Positions 1 through 11,775 of a stretch of DNA of 64,000 nucleotides are shown here, in pieces. The notes below the pieces were generated by a model that saw nothing but the letters and a program-made list of their open reading frames with translations, searched no databases and was not told where the DNA came from. The stretch covers positions 5,600,001 through 5,664,000 of the forward strand of contig OZ001293.3 of NCBI GenBank assembly GCA_963921275.4, read 5' to 3'. Both the position numbers and the translations under genes were made by a program. Position 1 is the stretch's first letter. Each line of letters begins with the position of its first letter. The stretch comes from an uncultured Hormoscilla sp. GTDB lineage: Bacteria; Cyanobacteriota; Cyanobacteriia; Cyanobacteriales; Desertifilaceae.

Positions 1-47
1 ATCTTATATCTACTATCATTAGAACCGGAGGCAGAGTCTCAAGATGT

Positions 48-76
48 TCGTTCCCTGCCAGAGTCAGGGAACGAGA
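48..76. repeat. 29-bp palindromic REP-like repeat, copy 1
   Basis: TCGTTCCCTGCCAGAGTCAGGGAACGAGA is identical to 3278-3306; related copies near 32044 and 44240. Confidence 0.9.
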
Positions 77-3000
77 GGAATGCCCAAACTGGGCAAACTA
101 TTAACTATTTGTACAGTTTCCAGACTCACGGTAATGACCTGTCCAATTAACCGCACAATATATTGTTCGTCATCCAGGCGGTTCGGGTCGTTGACGATGC
201 CGCTGCGTTTATCTATTTTGACCCGATATTGGTCGATAATCCAGTCTAAGGCAGAACGGTTCCCCAAACGATATGCAAATGCTGCGGGAGGAATACCGCT
301 GAGGGTGAGAAACTCATTGTAGATCAGTTGGGTTTTATCTTTGCTGAGTCTCATTTTTTCCACCCGCCAATTCAGGGGAACGTCCTTATTTTCGATCCAG
401 TTGAGGGGATATTCCGGTTGTTGTTCGTAGTTGAGGTGCAGTTCTGCTAAACGTTTACCTGCTTGGGCAAAGGCGTGAAAGTCAGGGGCGTAGGGAATGC
501 GGGGTAATTCCCGTTTTAGGTTGGCTGCGTAGCGTTGGCGATAGATTGGATGGTGGAGAATGCCGTAGATGTAGTAGAAGATATCCCATTTGGTAATTGT
601 ATCTTCTTGGTAGTGGCGGCGATATTCCGTTAGCGCCCAGTCGGTGATGTTTTCTTGGCGGTTGCTTCCGTCTTCGTCGTAAGTGTAGAAGGGGAAGCAT
701 TGCGAATCACCTGTCAGATGTAAATCTGCAATAATATGAACTATCAAGCAATGAAACATCTTATTATTTCCTGCTGTCCTCACACAAATAACACGATTTT
801 CGCGTTCAGTATCAGGAGTGGGCAATATGTAGGGAAATTGACCGCGCCGATCGTTTAAGTAGTCGTCAAAATAAATAAATGAAGTGATAAATGGTCGATA
901 AAGTGACGCTCTAATGCAATTAGTATTGTATTGCAGTGTAATTCCTCGATTTAAATATTTCTTCAAGGTTGACGACCAGTTAATTTTGCTATCATCGCCA
1001 GTGACAAAATTATCTAGTAGGAATTTTAGATCGCTTTTCTGACTCCATCTTACCATCTGTTCGTTATAAGTGGCCATCGTGCATTTAATCTTTTCTGCTA
1101 ACTCCTCGCGATTAAAATTATAAGCCCAAGCATCGCGGTTTGTAACAACTCCTAGACTAAATAACTTAAAAATTACTCCTTCCTCCATATGGGACGATTT
1201 GATTTTCTTGTCTCCCATCGGTATAAAAGTTTCAAATTCATCCTGCAACCCTTCCGTAAACCAGGTATATTTGCGCTCGGGCTTAATTAATTGCCAGTCA
1301 AGCGGATATATACTCCCAGATTTCTCAATTAATTCAAATTTTTCCTTACGGGTTGCTTTCCAATCTACCGCACTGTAAAGTATTTCATGTTCATCTGTAT
1401 CTTTGCGTTTGATCAGAAAGGTTACACTGATGCCTACCATCGCTGCCAAGCCAAATACCGTATGTTTTTCACCAATAGGTATTCCTTCCCGCATTGAGTA
1501 TTTTCTGACATTACCCTTTAAATCCAAAACATAGATACGATTAAATTCTTTCTGGAGATGTTTGCGCATCCCATCAAAAGAAATATCGGTAACAAAACTG
1601 TTATTAGTAACAAATGCCACAATCCCTTCATCTCCTATTCTATCCGATGCCCAGCGAATTGCTTTGACATAGGGATCGAAGAGAGAATTTCTTAATGTCG
1701 CTTGCGAGTCTTTAGAATATGTTTCTCTCACCCTGCTGTCCACCTCTTCATATTTGCGATTCTTATTATTATCGTTCTCATTGACTTGCGCTTTATTATA
1801 AGGCGGGTTGCCAATGACCACAAAAATGGGAGATTGTCTTTGCCTTTTCACCCGGGCCGTATTCTCCGGCGTAAATAAGGATAACTGCTGTACCTGCTGG
1901 TCGGAAAAGGTATCCACCATGCAGATCCCTTCAAAGGGTTTATAGCTTCCCGTCGCCTGCAAATATTCATGCTCGATATTCATCGACGCGATATAATAGG
2001 GCAGCAGCATCACCTCATTGCAGTGTAACTCATGCTCGTACTTATGGGGAAGTGCAGTTTTTCTGATTTCCCGCATCACCCGCATGATAAAGTTTCCCGT
2101 ACCCACAAAGGGATCGAGAATATGCACTCCCTTGTCACTCAAAGATTTGCCAAACTCCCGTTGCAGAATCTCTTCCACACTCTTGACCATAAAATTCACG
2201 ATCGGTTGCGGCGTGTAGACTATCCCATGGGTATCCGCCACCTTCACTGCAAATCCTTGGAAAAACTTCTCGTAAACTGTATTCAGGAAATGCTGCTTTT
2301 CGCTATAATCTTCTATGGTGGCCGCCGTTGACTCCAAGGCCCGGTAGAAATAGTCCACATCTCCCAGGAAATGATCCCGACTAAAGGACTTGGAGGTGAG
2401 GGCATTAATCACCTTCTCTATTTCTACGGCAATTATATTCCGGCGGGTAAAATCGGGATTATCGAAGATGCGACGAAAAATCCGTTCCGTCAGCAAATGC
2501 TGAATCAGCATTTCTTCTATGGCCGCTTCTGCTATATTCGGATTAATCGCTTCCCGACAGATTTCGGCAAAATTATGGAAAGCTTGAATAAAATTACGAT
2601 TAGTTTTCTTTTGTTTCGCAATGAGATCGATCAGTTTTCCCGCCAAGTCTCGCACCCGGTTGCCAAACTCCATCGCCGCTACCTCCCACTGTTCGATCTC
2701 GGGGGTCCGATACTCAAAGAACAGCTTCAGGGTTTCGACTAGATGCTGGGGTTTCCTGATATCCCGATCGCATATTTGCTTTCCCCCTTGCCAGAGAATC
2801 GCCCGAGCGGGTGCTTGAAAGAGAATATTATCATGAGGATAGCCCCATGCCAACTTCTTTTTCACCTCTGCTGCCAAATTATCCTGACTATCTTTCGCTT
2901 CCCAGAACCCGTGGCGGAGGGTATCCTCTCGTACCAGTTCCCCATCCACCTGGATGCGCTTGTGGGTCAACTTAACCGTTTTTTCCAGTACCAAAGTCCA

Positions 3001-3150
3001 ATTAAACTGCTGACAGCAAGCTTTCAGGAGATCGGCAAAAGCATCTCTGACTGCCATTTCGTGGTCAACACCTAGCCGTGCAAATTGCTGCAATGCTTGG
3101 TAATAGGCTTTAACGGGTTTGTGAGTCGGTTTGAGGTTCAAGGTTTCCAT
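64..3150 (-). CDS. Fused restriction-modification enzyme (type IIG/ISP-like): N-terminal PD-(D/E)XK nuclease, N6-adenine methyltransferase, C-terminal specificity domain
   Basis: VDG...EAKD nuclease-like motif, ILDPFVGTGNF motif I, VIGNPPY motif IV, YRPF and ELPRIP C-terminal motifs. Likely start is METLNLK at 3150; the longer ORF extension reads through repeats. Confidence 0.85.
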   Translation of the reverse strand: METLNLKPTHKPVKAYYQALQQFARLGVDHEMAVRDAFADLLKACCQQFNWTLVLEKTVKLTHKRIQVDGELVREDTLRHGFWEAKDSQDNLAAEVKKKLAWGYPHDNILFQAPARAILWQGGKQICDRDIRKPQHLVETLKLFFEYRTPEIEQWEVAAMEFGNRVRDLAGKLIDLIAKQKKTNRNFIQAFHNFAEICREAINPNIAEAAIEEMLIQHLLTERIFRRIFDNPDFTRRNIIAVEIEKVINALTSKSFSRDHFLGDVDYFYRALESTAATIEDYSEKQHFLNTVYEKFFQGFAVKVADTHGIVYTPQPIVNFMVKSVEEILQREFGKSLSDKGVHILDPFVGTGNFIMRVMREIRKTALPHKYEHELHCNEVMLLPYYIASMNIEHEYLQATGSYKPFEGICMVDTFSDQQVQQLSLFTPENTARVKRQRQSPIFVVIGNPPYNKAQVNENDNNKNRKYEEVDSRVRETYSKDSQATLRNSLFDPYVKAIRWASDRIGDEGIVAFVTNNSFVTDISFDGMRKHLQKEFNRIYVLDLKGNVRKYSMREGIPIGEKHTVFGLAAMVGISVTFLIKRKDTDEHEILYSAVDWKATRKEKFELIEKSGSIYPLDWQLIKPERKYTWFTEGLQDEFETFIPMGDKKIKSSHMEEGVIFKLFSLGVVTNRDAWAYNFNREELAEKIKCTMATYNEQMVRWSQKSDLKFLLDNFVTGDDSKINWSSTLKKYLNRGITLQYNTNCIRASLYRPFITSFIYFDDYLNDRRGQFPYILPTPDTERENRVICVRTAGNNKMFHCLIVHIIADLHLTGDSQCFPFYTYDEDGSNRQENITDWALTEYRRHYQEDTITKWDIFYYIYGILHHPIYRQRYAANLKRELPRIPYAPDFHAFAQAGKRLAELHLNYEQQPEYPLNWIENKDVPLNWRVEKMRLSKDKTQLIYNEFLTLSGIPPAAFAYRLGNRSALDWIIDQYRVKIDKRSGIVNDPNRLDDEQYIVRLIGQVITVSLETVQIVNSLPSLGIPLVP

Positions 3151-3277
3151 GGGTTGTACCTGTTTTCTGGGATATTTAGGGACATGATATACATGCTCAT
3201 ATATTTTGGCGAGCTTGTGCAACTGTTTCCCGAGCGCGGTTGGGTTTCGTACCTCTACCCAACCGACATTTTTACTC

Positions 3278-3306
3278 TCGTTCCCTGCCAGAGTCAGGGA
3301 ACGAGA
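3278..3306. repeat. 29-bp palindromic REP-like repeat, copy 2
   Basis: Identical to 48-76. Confidence 0.9.
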
Positions 3307-3319
3307 AAACTTCTGGCGG

Positions 3320-4327
3320 TTAGGAAGACTGCTGGCCACTACCATCTTCACTACTTTCTTCCGTCGGAGTCAGGCGATCGCGTAGCGAGAAATCGAGCAC
3401 TACCTCGAACTCTGATAGGGAAGCTACCGTCACCGATCGCTGGTGAAGCTCCCGCAGCAGAGAAGCATCGTTCAGTTTATTGATGCGATCGGCTATTTGC
3501 TCGGGCACAGAAGAAAATTTCAGAACGAGGATATCGATTATATCCTCTCGACGGGAAAGCAAGGAGCCCCGTTCCATTGCATCTTGCGAGCAAGGCATCA
3601 TTACATACGGCATCTCTTTTTCCTCCAAGAAACGATCTAATTGAAGTTGAAATTCCCGCTCTAAATTCTCTGGCAGTCGCATCATCCAGTATACTAGCCG
3701 TAACAGGTTGCGAATTTCCCGTTCGCTATATCCTACCGACAACAGCCCTTTGGTTACTCTGGTTTTCCATTCCAAGCGTTTCTGGGCGTCCTGGCGCGTG
3801 GCCATTGTTTTCAGATGAGCCATCACCATCACCGCAAAGGGATTAGTGCTATTTTCCAACACAGACCATTGGTTTTGGTAGTCCAGTAGCTTGACTATAG
3901 GATAGGACCTGGATGTGCTGTTTTTCCAAATTGTAGATACAAACTCTTGGGGTCGCCAACTCGGTCTGTCATCCCCTAATATTACCAAGCTGGCCACTGG
4001 CGCATCGTAGCGCAACTCGATGAGGCTGTTGTAAATATGTATCCGTTTGGGGAAGTCTACTTCGTACTCACTTTGGACTTCTACATGCACTAGCACATTT
4101 ATCGGAGAACCGTTCTGCCGCCAGACCTTGACTAGGATATCTGCCAAACGCCTGCCCACTTTCGCCTCGGGAACGATTTTTTGCAGTTCTGTATTCAGAA
4201 TTTCATAGCCGCGATCCCAGTCTATGTCTGCATAAGCTTCTGGATAAAAAAATTCCATACAGGCCGGGAAATAGTCAATTAGCGCCTGTTTCCAGGGGCC
4301 GTCATAATCCGCCGATAGATTCTCCAT
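3320..4327 (-). CDS. Rpn/YhgA-like (DUF4351-type) PD-(D/E)XK protein
   Basis: DYDGPWK, RLADILVKV, LVHVEVQS and NPFAVMVMAHLK motifs; paralog of 36582-37571. Confidence 0.8.
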   Translation of the reverse strand: MENLSADYDGPWKQALIDYFPACMEFFYPEAYADIDWDRGYEILNTELQKIVPEAKVGRRLADILVKVWRQNGSPINVLVHVEVQSEYEVDFPKRIHIYNSLIELRYDAPVASLVILGDDRPSWRPQEFVSTIWKNSTSRSYPIVKLLDYQNQWSVLENSTNPFAVMVMAHLKTMATRQDAQKRLEWKTRVTKGLLSVGYSEREIRNLLRLVYWMMRLPENLEREFQLQLDRFLEEKEMPYVMMPCSQDAMERGSLLSRREDIIDILVLKFSSVPEQIADRINKLNDASLLRELHQRSVTVASLSEFEVVLDFSLRDRLTPTEESSEDGSGQQSS

Positions 4328-4410
4328 TTTTATTCTACACCTTTCCTCTCAATTCTACACCTTTCCTCTCAAACTACATCGCTGTTGGGTAAGTGACCAA
4401 TGGCCTAACC

Positions 4411-6990
4411 TTACATTCCTTCACGTAGCCCGATCGCGATTTTGCTATGCTTTTCAATCTGTCCCATGACCTGCTTGGCCCGCTGAATCACTACTGGAGG
4501 CAAACCTGCCAAACGCCCTGCTTCTATGCCATAGGATTTAGAAGCGCCTCCGGGTTGTACTTGATGCAAAAAGATAATCTCATTGGGCATTTCCTTGACT
4601 GTTACCTGGAAGTTTGCCACATTAGATAAAATGGAAGCTAGTTCGTTCAGTTCGTGATAGTGGGTAGCAAATATGGTTCGGGATTTGATTTCACCCGCCA
4701 GGTATTCTGCTACCGCCCAAGCAATAGAAAGACCGTCAAAGGTAGCCGTCCCTCTGCCTATTTCATCCAGCAGCACCAAAGACTGGGCCGTCGCGTGATT
4801 GAGGATATTGGCAGTTTCGTTCATTTCGACCATGAATGTAGATTGACCTGTGGCCAGGTCGTCCACCGCCCCCACTCGCGTGAAAATGCGATCGCACAGT
4901 CCCAGGGTCGCGGACTCTGCTGGCACAAAACTACCCACCTGGGCCATCAGTTGAATTAAGCCTACCTGTCGCAAATAGCAACTTTTCCCGCTAGCATTGG
5001 GACCAGTGAGGATGATTAAATCGGGAGATTCGTTGGAGATTTCTTTGCCCAGGGTAGTGGAATTGGGGACAAAGAAGTTAGCGGATAAAGTTTGTTCGAC
5101 CACGGGATGACGACCTTCTGCTATCGCGATCTCTCGACTTTCCATGATAGTGGGACGGCAATAACCCTGGATGACCGCAACTTCTGCTAAACTGCACAAG
5201 ACATCAATTGCGGCTACGGCCCGGGAAACATTTCTAATTACTGGGGCTTTTTCTCCCACTTCGGTCCGGAGATTGACGAATATATCGTACTCTAATTGAT
5301 TGAGATCCTCCCGGGCCGTGAGAATTCGCGCTTCCCGTTCCTTCAACTCTTGGGTAATATAGCGTTCTTCATTAACTAGGGTTTGCTTGCGAGTGTAATC
5401 ATCGGGAACCTGGTCCGCTTTGGCCCGGGCGATGCTAATATAATAGCCGAAGGTTTTGTTATAGCCGACTTTCAGATTGCCAATGCCCGTCCGCTGTCTC
5501 TCTTGGCTTTCTAAATTAGCCAGCCACTTTTGGTCATCTGCCGCCGCCGCCCGCATTTCATCCAGCATTTCGTTTACCCCTGGTCGAATTAAACCCCCTT
5601 CTTTTAACTGCTGGGGAGGCGGTTCTACCAGATAGGTTTTAATTTCTTGCGCCAACTGTTCTAATTCCGGCGGAACTTGCTGTAAGGTTCTCAGGAAGGG
5701 TGAATAGGCATTAGTTGTTAATGTCGATAGATCCGGTAACTTGCCTAGGGATGAGGCCAGGGCGAAGAGATCCTTGGCATTGGCCCTACCAGAACCCGCC
5801 CGACCTGTTAACCTTTCGAGATCGTAAATTTGCCGCAACAGTTGCCGTAGGTTTTTGCGCAATTCTGTATTTTCTACTAATTCCTGAATCGTATCTTGGC
5901 GCGATCGAATCCCTTTGAGCTTCAGCAAAGGTTGCAGCAACCAGCGGCGCAAGGCCCGGCCTCCCATTGGCGTCGTCGTGCGATCGATCGCCCATAGCAT
6001 AGAACCGTGAAAACTGCCATCCCGAACGGTTTCAACAATTTCCAGGTTGCGGCGGGTTTGGTAATCGAGGATCAGAAAGTCCGTAGTAGAATAGGTGCGC
6101 AGCAGTTGCAGATTAACATGGCTTTGCTTTTGGGTTTCCTCCAGATATTCCAGCAGTCCCCCCGCAGCGCGCAGCCCCAAAGGTAACTGGTCGCAACCCA
6201 TCCCTTCGAGTGATCGCACGTTAAACTTATCCAAAAGTCGTTCCTTGGCCGAAGCCAAACTGAAGACATTTTGGGGACGCCAAGCGTAGCAAAAGGTCGA
6301 GGGCAGACATTCATGTAAATGTGAGGAAGCTTCTCCCGGACGCACCATCATCCCCGTCAAGTCTGGCATATTAGTAGGAACCAGAACTTCCGCAGGTTGC
6401 AAACGCATTAGTTCTTGAGTCAGATATTCCGTGTTACTGCCTTGGGTGGTGAGAAATTCTCCCGTAGAAATATCTGCATAAGCTAACCCCCAATTTACTC
6501 CAGCAATGACAACGGCTGCCAGGAAATTATTGCGACGCGGACTTAACATGCCCTCCTCAGTTAAAGTACCAGGGGTAAGCACTTGGGTCACCTCCCGCGT
6601 GACCATGCGGCGTTCGGCAGCAGCGGTAGCAGCATCTTCAGCTTGGTCGCAGATCACCAAGGGATAACCCTTTTCGACGATGTTGGTACTGTGACGATCG
6701 AGGGCGTGATGGGGAACTCCGGTCATAGGGACGCGGCCAATTTCCTTACCCCCCTCCTTGCTGGTGAGTACCAGTTCCAGTTCCCGAGAGATGGTCACCG
6801 CATCTAGGAAAAAGCACTCAAAGAAATCGCCCACCCGATATAGCAGCAGGGCGTGGGGGTATTTCTCCTTGACTTCCACATAATGCTGCAACATGGGCGT
6901 CAGCTTGCTGCGGTCCAGCAGCCGGTAGTCCGCGTTGGGAAGCAGATCGGTTGGAGATGATGTAGATGCAGAGTCGGAATGCTTCTTCAC
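4411..6990 (-). CDS. mutS: DNA mismatch repair protein MutS
   Basis: [24 protein letters not shown]-loop, [22 protein letters not shown]. Confidence 0.97.
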   Translation of the reverse strand: MKKHSDSASTSSPTDLLPNADYRLLDRSKLTPMLQHYVEVKEKYPHALLLYRVGDFFECFFLDAVTISRELELVLTSKEGGKEIGRVPMTGVPHHALDRHSTNIVEKGYPLVICDQAEDAATAAAERRMVTREVTQVLTPGTLTEEGMLSPRRNNFLAAVVIAGVNWGLAYADISTGEFLTTQGSNTEYLTQELMRLQPAEVLVPTNMPDLTGMMVRPGEASSHLHECLPSTFCYAWRPQNVFSLASAKERLLDKFNVRSLEGMGCDQLPLGLRAAGGLLEYLEETQKQSHVNLQLLRTYSTTDFLILDYQTRRNLEIVETVRDGSFHGSMLWAIDRTTTPMGGRALRRWLLQPLLKLKGIRSRQDTIQELVENTELRKNLRQLLRQIYDLERLTGRAGSGRANAKDLFALASSLGKLPDLSTLTTNAYSPFLRTLQQVPPELEQLAQEIKTYLVEPPPQQLKEGGLIRPGVNEMLDEMRAAAADDQKWLANLESQERQRTGIGNLKVGYNKTFGYYISIARAKADQVPDDYTRKQTLVNEERYITQELKEREARILTAREDLNQLEYDIFVNLRTEVGEKAPVIRNVSRAVAAIDVLCSLAEVAVIQGYCRPTIMESREIAIAEGRHPVVEQTLSANFFVPNSTTLGKEISNESPDLIILTGPNASGKSCYLRQVGLIQLMAQVGSFVPAESATLGLCDRIFTRVGAVDDLATGQSTFMVEMNETANILNHATAQSLVLLDEIGRGTATFDGLSIAWAVAEYLAGEIKSRTIFATHYHELNELASILSNVANFQVTVKEMPNEIIFLHQVQPGGASKSYGIEAGRLAGLPPVVIQRAKQVMGQIEKHSKIAIGLREGM

Positions 6991-7039
6991 GGGTCAGACT
7001 TGGCGATCGGTTTCTACAGACTTTATCATAATCGGTATC

Positions 7040-7400
7040 CTGATGTTTGACCACACCCCCTGGGAACGTTTCTAAGCCATAAAAGCCAGTTTAGACTGTG
7101 TGCAAGCAGTAAGATTATTCTATTTAGCAGGAGTATTAGAGATAATCTCTCCACCGAGTCGCAAGCACGAACAGATCAAAATTACCCTGGGGTTGCTGCT
7201 AAAAGCTTACATGAAAGAAAAAGGTATCCGGTTCTACCTCTGTGGCAGGTTTCCCATAGAAGATGGTTATGCTTATGGCGCACCTGACGACTCTTATTGT
7301 ATTAGTAGCGATAAAGATGTTCCAGATATTGTGATAGAAATCATTATGACTGGCGGCGAGATCGACAAGCGAGAACTGTAGCATACCCAACAGCATCTCA
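7040..7400 (+). pseudogene. Uma2 family endonuclease remnant
   Basis: WERF*AIKASL...RLFYLAGVLEIISP...HEQIK...PDDSYC...PDIVIEI, with an internal stop and a truncated C-terminus. Confidence 0.75.
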
Positions 7401-7446
7401 CTCGCGAATCATTAATTCTCAATTGAGAATTTTCTATTGACAATTC

Positions 7447-7881
7447 TCAATCATTGCGATTCTCTATAAACTCTAACAAAATTATTTGATGCACGCTGCT
7501 TATAGGTCGCACTTCACCTGCATTTTCCGAGTAACACTCACCCCTGCGAATATCTGCTATAGTCAAGAACCCCATATCCCAACCTTCCCCCAAGACTAAG
7601 TATTCAAGTTCCATCTCAATACTCCCAGAAAAAATATGACGAACGACTTCATCCGTTTTATAGCAGCGAAAGAAAGAAATCGCCGGCGGACAATAGCCAA
7701 TTTCCTCTAATAATTCCCGCCGCATTGCTGCTTCTAAAGGTTCTCCGGGTTCTATGTGACAGCCGAAAAAAGCCCAGAGACCTGGATGGGTAATACTGGG
7801 GATATTATCTCGCAGTTGCATCAAAAATCGGTCTTGACGATATAAGATCGCAATCGCCACCTCAACAGGTTGATTACTCAT
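7447..7881 (-). CDS. NUDIX hydrolase
   Basis: Nudix box G(C)HIEPGEPLEAAMRRELLEEIG; LMQLRD. Confidence 0.9.
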   Translation of the reverse strand: MSNQPVEVAIAILYRQDRFLMQLRDNIPSITHPGLWAFFGCHIEPGEPLEAAMRRELLEEIGYCPPAISFFRCYKTDEVVRHIFSGSIEMELEYLVLGEGWDMGFLTIADIRRGECYSENAGEVRPISSVHQIILLEFIENRND

Positions 7882-8278
7882 TGCTTGTTGTATCCCCTCG
7901 ATCTGGTTGCTGTTCTAGCTTTTGGGTTTCCCAGAAATAGACTTCGGAAAAATATAGTCCTTCCACAGGAATGCTTTCATAGCGGATCTCCCCAGCGATC
8001 GTAATTTTATCTCCGAGTTGAGGCAAACTTGAGGTAGTGAACACCCACATCTTACCGCTAGCATCGTCAAGCTGATAGAGTTGAGCATCCAGCAAGGGGA
8101 CTTGCTTGATGACTGTGCCTCTTAAGTAAACTGTAGTTGTGCCCTTGGGGATCTGCGGGATATCACTGATATTGGTGAGCTTGATATCCAGTGCCGAGTT
8201 ACCGCAACCCCACAGCCCCAGGAGCGGCAAGGCGGTGCCGATCGATCTCTTGACACCTGTAATGAGAGATTTTATCAT
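7874..8278 (-). CDS. Hypothetical OB-fold lipoprotein
   Basis: LLGLWGC lipobox-like motif; VYLRGTV...YQLDDASGKMWV OB-fold-like strands. Start uncertain. Confidence 0.6.
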   Translation of the reverse strand: MIKSLITGVKRSIGTALPLLGLWGCGNSALDIKLTNISDIPQIPKGTTTVYLRGTVIKQVPLLDAQLYQLDDASGKMWVFTTSSLPQLGDKITIAGEIRYESIPVEGLYFSEVYFWETQKLEQQPDRGDTTSNE

Positions 8279-8395
8279 GCTTGTCAAAAGACCCAGAATG
8301 CAAAGATGATAGGTGTTGCTATACAAGCATGATATCCTTTGGGACAGGAAAATGGTCAACAACAAAGAGGCTCTGGCATCAACTGTATCGGACTC

Positions 8396-9265
8396 ATGAC
8401 TAAAATGGCTCAAATCTTAGATGGTAAAGCCCTGGCCAAGCGGATGCAATCGGAATTGCTCGATCGCGTGCAGACCCTACAAGCTGATAGCAAGCGTCCT
8501 CCAGGGTTAGCAGTGCTGATGGTGGGGGACGACCCCGCCAGCATTATCTACGTGCGCAAGAAGCAGGAAGCCTGTGCTAAGGTGGGTATTGCCTCTTTTA
8601 GTCAGCATTTGCCAGGCACCACTAGCCAAGCTGAACTAGAAGCAATAATTGACAAGCTAAATTTTGACTTACGGGTAGACGGTATTCTCCTCCAGCTACC
8701 GCTACCGAAACACCTAGATGCTAAATCACTTTTAGCTCAAATCCACCCCGACAAAGATGTCGATGGACTCCACCCTACTAATATGGGGAAACTGGTACTG
8801 GGAGAACCGAGCTTGCGCAGCTGCACCCCGGCAGGCATGATGCGCCTGTTAGAAGCATACCAGATTCCAGTCCAAGGCAAACATGCAGTGGTGGTGGGGG
8901 CCAGTATCCTGGCAGGTAAACCAGCGGCCCTGATGCTGTTGGCGGCCAATGCCACGGTGACGATCGCCCATATCTTCACCCCAAATTTATCAGAAATTAC
9001 TCGAAAAGCTGATATTCTAATTGTGGCGACAGGCAATCCTCAAATGATCAAAGGCGACATGGTTAAAGACCGAGTCGTAGTTCTGGATGTGGGGATTAAC
9101 CGAGTCACCGACGCAAACGGGAAGGTCCGTTTGGTGGGAGACGTTCATTTTGAGGAAGTGCGGCCCGTGGCGCAATATATCACGCCCGTTCCCGGCGGGG
9201 TTGGTCCGATGACTGTGGCCATGCTGTTGGAAAATACAGTATGGAGCTACATCCAGCGAATTTAA
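8396..9265 (+). CDS. folD: Bifunctional methylenetetrahydrofolate dehydrogenase/cyclohydrolase
   Basis: [46 protein letters not shown]. Confidence 0.97.
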   Translation: MTKMAQILDGKALAKRMQSELLDRVQTLQADSKRPPGLAVLMVGDDPASIIYVRKKQEACAKVGIASFSQHLPGTTSQAELEAIIDKLNFDLRVDGILLQLPLPKHLDAKSLLAQIHPDKDVDGLHPTNMGKLVLGEPSLRSCTPAGMMRLLEAYQIPVQGKHAVVVGASILAGKPAALMLLAANATVTIAHIFTPNLSEITRKADILIVATGNPQMIKGDMVKDRVVVLDVGINRVTDANGKVRLVGDVHFEEVRPVAQYITPVPGGVGPMTVAMLLENTVWSYIQRI

Positions 9266-9285
9266 GTGCGGTCCTTTGAGTAGTA

Positions 9286-10206
9286 ATGATGTTAGTGAAA
9301 GATAATCAACAAGCCACTGAGGCATTTGACCTGGCAGTTTACCTGCAAAAACGCAAGGCCCTGGTGGATGCAGCCCTCGATCGGGCGCTACCAGTTAGCT
9401 ATCCCGAAAAGATCTACGAGGCGATGCGCTACTCCCTCTTAGCTGGTGGCAAGCGTTTGCGTCCCATCCTTTGTCTTGCTAGCTGCGAGTTAACGGGAGG
9501 CACCGTGGAAATGGCCATGCCCACAGCCTGTGCCTTGGAGATGATTCACACCATGTCATTGATCCATGATGACTTGCCAGCAATGGACAATGATGATTTC
9601 CGCAGAGGTAAGCCGACGAACCATAAAGTCTATGGGGAAAACATGGCGATCCTAGCAGGGGATGGCTTGATGATCTATGCCTTTGAATATATTGCCCGGG
9701 CCACTGAACAGGTCCCAGCCGATCGGGTGTTGGCAGTAATTACCCAGATAGCAACAGCCTCTGGGGCTGCTGGGTTGGTGGGCGGTCAAGTGGTGGACCT
9801 GGAATATGAAGGCAAGTCGGATGTGTCTTTGTCAACACTCAATTATATTCATACTCACAAAACTGGAGCGCTGTTAGAATTTACAGTAGTCTCGGGCGCG
9901 ATGCTAGCTGGCTGTCCGGCATCGGATTTAGAGCGCCTCTCCCAATATGCGAAAAATATTGGCTTAGCTTTTCAGATTATCGATGATATTTTGGATATTA
10001 CGGCAACCCAAGCCGAATTGGGCAAAACTGCTGGTAAAGACCTGCAAGCCCAAAAGGTGACCTTCCCTAGTATCTGGGGAATTGATGAGTCGAAAAATCA
10101 GGCCCATTCCCTAGTACACCAGGCGAAGGCTCAACTGGAACCCTTTGGAGAACAGGCGATACCCCTGATGGCGATCGCCGATTTTATCACCACCCGCAGT
10201 TACTAA
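9286..10206 (+). CDS. crtE: Geranylgeranyl diphosphate synthase
   Basis: [30 protein letters not shown]; conserved folD-crtE-DUF212 order. Confidence 0.95.
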   Translation: MMLVKDNQQATEAFDLAVYLQKRKALVDAALDRALPVSYPEKIYEAMRYSLLAGGKRLRPILCLASCELTGGTVEMAMPTACALEMIHTMSLIHDDLPAMDNDDFRRGKPTNHKVYGENMAILAGDGLMIYAFEYIARATEQVPADRVLAVITQIATASGAAGLVGGQVVDLEYEGKSDVSLSTLNYIHTHKTGALLEFTVVSGAMLAGCPASDLERLSQYAKNIGLAFQIIDDILDITATQAELGKTAGKDLQAQKVTFPSIWGIDESKNQAHSLVHQAKAQLEPFGEQAIPLMAIADFITTRSY

Positions 10207-10215
10207 AAAACCATT

Positions 10216-10674
10216 ATGCAGGACCTTGGCCATATCCTGAACAATCGCGTGCTGTTGGTATCGCTGATCGCCTGTTCGATCGCTCAATCACTAAAGCTAG
10301 TAGTCGATCTGGTAAAAAATCAGAAGCTGAATGTTCGCGCTTTAGTCACCACTGGTGGCATGCCGAGTTCTCATTCGACCCTGGTGACGGCCCTGGCTAC
10401 GGAAGTAGGACAGAAAACTGGCTGGGAAAGTCCTGATTTCGCGATCGCCACTATTTTTGCTATTATCGTCATGTACGATGCTGCTGGTGTTCGCCAAGCT
10501 GCTGGCAAGCAGGCCCGCATTCTCAACCAGATCATTGACGAGCTATTTCAAGAGAAACCTGAGTTCAACGAAGACCGCTTAAAGGAATTACTCGGACATA
10601 CTCCCTTTCAGGTAATTGTCGGTTTCCTGCTGGGAGTTGGAATTTCCTTTATTGCTACTTTTATTTATGGCTAA
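10216..10674 (+). CDS. Divergent PAP2 family (DUF212) protein
   Basis: GGMPSSHS, VMYDAAGVR, LKELLGHTP. Confidence 0.93.
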   Translation: MQDLGHILNNRVLLVSLIACSIAQSLKLVVDLVKNQKLNVRALVTTGGMPSSHSTLVTALATEVGQKTGWESPDFAIATIFAIIVMYDAAGVRQAAGKQARILNQIIDELFQEKPEFNEDRLKELLGHTPFQVIVGFLLGVGISFIATFIYG

Positions 10675-11605
10675 TTGCCAATTGCGAATGGTGAATGATG
10701 AAGGGAAAATGGACATGAACATGAATAAATAAATCTACCTTAGCAATGGTATACGCAGCACGCATGCCACTGAAGATAGAAGGACGAATTCCTTCAGCGG
10801 TAAAGGAGTCTACCACGCAGGCGGCTTCTCCTGCCAACACTGGATTTTGTGCGTGTAGCTTTTGATTCCCGTTCCACAAATATATGGGATGACCATAGGG
10901 CTTATTTATCCCATCCACATTAAACATATTAGCATATTCCACTAATTTCTGCTTGAACTTTTCGGGAGTTTTCCCCCAGAAACGGCCCACCCCGATGGAG
11001 TAGCCATCAGTTTTGGGAAAGTTCCAACCATAGCCTTTTTCGATCGCACCTAATTCAAAATAGGCGCTAGTTAATTTTTGCTATTCGGTGGGAATTTCTG
11101 CTTCCAAAGCCGAGCCCATAGTATACTTACGTTATGAGAAACCCAGCCATTGCGCCATCGGACCTTTGGCACCATCGGTGGCGATCGGATAGCGACCTGT
11201 TACTGGTTCCGAAGCCGTGTTTACCTGCCAGCAGGTGCCCTGCCATTCTATTCCCGTCACTGCTGTCTTGTTTCGGAGTTGGGCACTTTGGGCGATCGCC
11301 TACTTGACCAGAAAGTAGTCAAATACCTCTCGCAGCACCATCCAAATAGGAGGAACATCCAGATTTACCTCTATCGGATCTCCTTGATTCCAAGTATAGC
11401 ATACCGAGTTAACCTTGAGAGAGATAGCAGGAGTCAAATCAAAATCAAACCACTCTTGCACTGCGGGGGAAACCCCACCGCCACAAGGTTTGTAGCGAGG
11501 TAACTCGGCTTTTTCCAGCAGTAACACGGAACATCCCCGCTTGGCTAAATGATAAGCAGCCGTTCCTCCAGCCAGTCCCGCACCTACTATAATACAGTCA
11601 AACAT
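10661..11605 (-). pseudogene. Geranylgeranyl reductase family FAD oxidoreductase, disrupted
   Basis: GAGLAG and KPCGGG in 11300-11605 end at a premature stop; later fragments include GYGWNFPK and LAGEAACVVDSFTAEGIRPS; C-terminus missing. Confidence 0.85.
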
Positions 11606-11775
11606 GAATGTTAATTGTTAGTTGTTAGTTGTGGGTTGTGGGTTGTCAACCTCCAATTTTTTTGTTTCTGTGGGTAAATGAATGGTGGTGCATGACACTT
11701 CGGATGGTAGGTCATATGGGGTGTCCTCATGTGAGATTAATCTCTCGATCGCACAATCATTCTATCGCCTTCATA

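Noticed and set aside
3151..3351. N-terminal extension of the restriction-modification ORF
   Set aside because: It reads through REP-like palindromes and overlaps the neighbouring gene; likely not translated.
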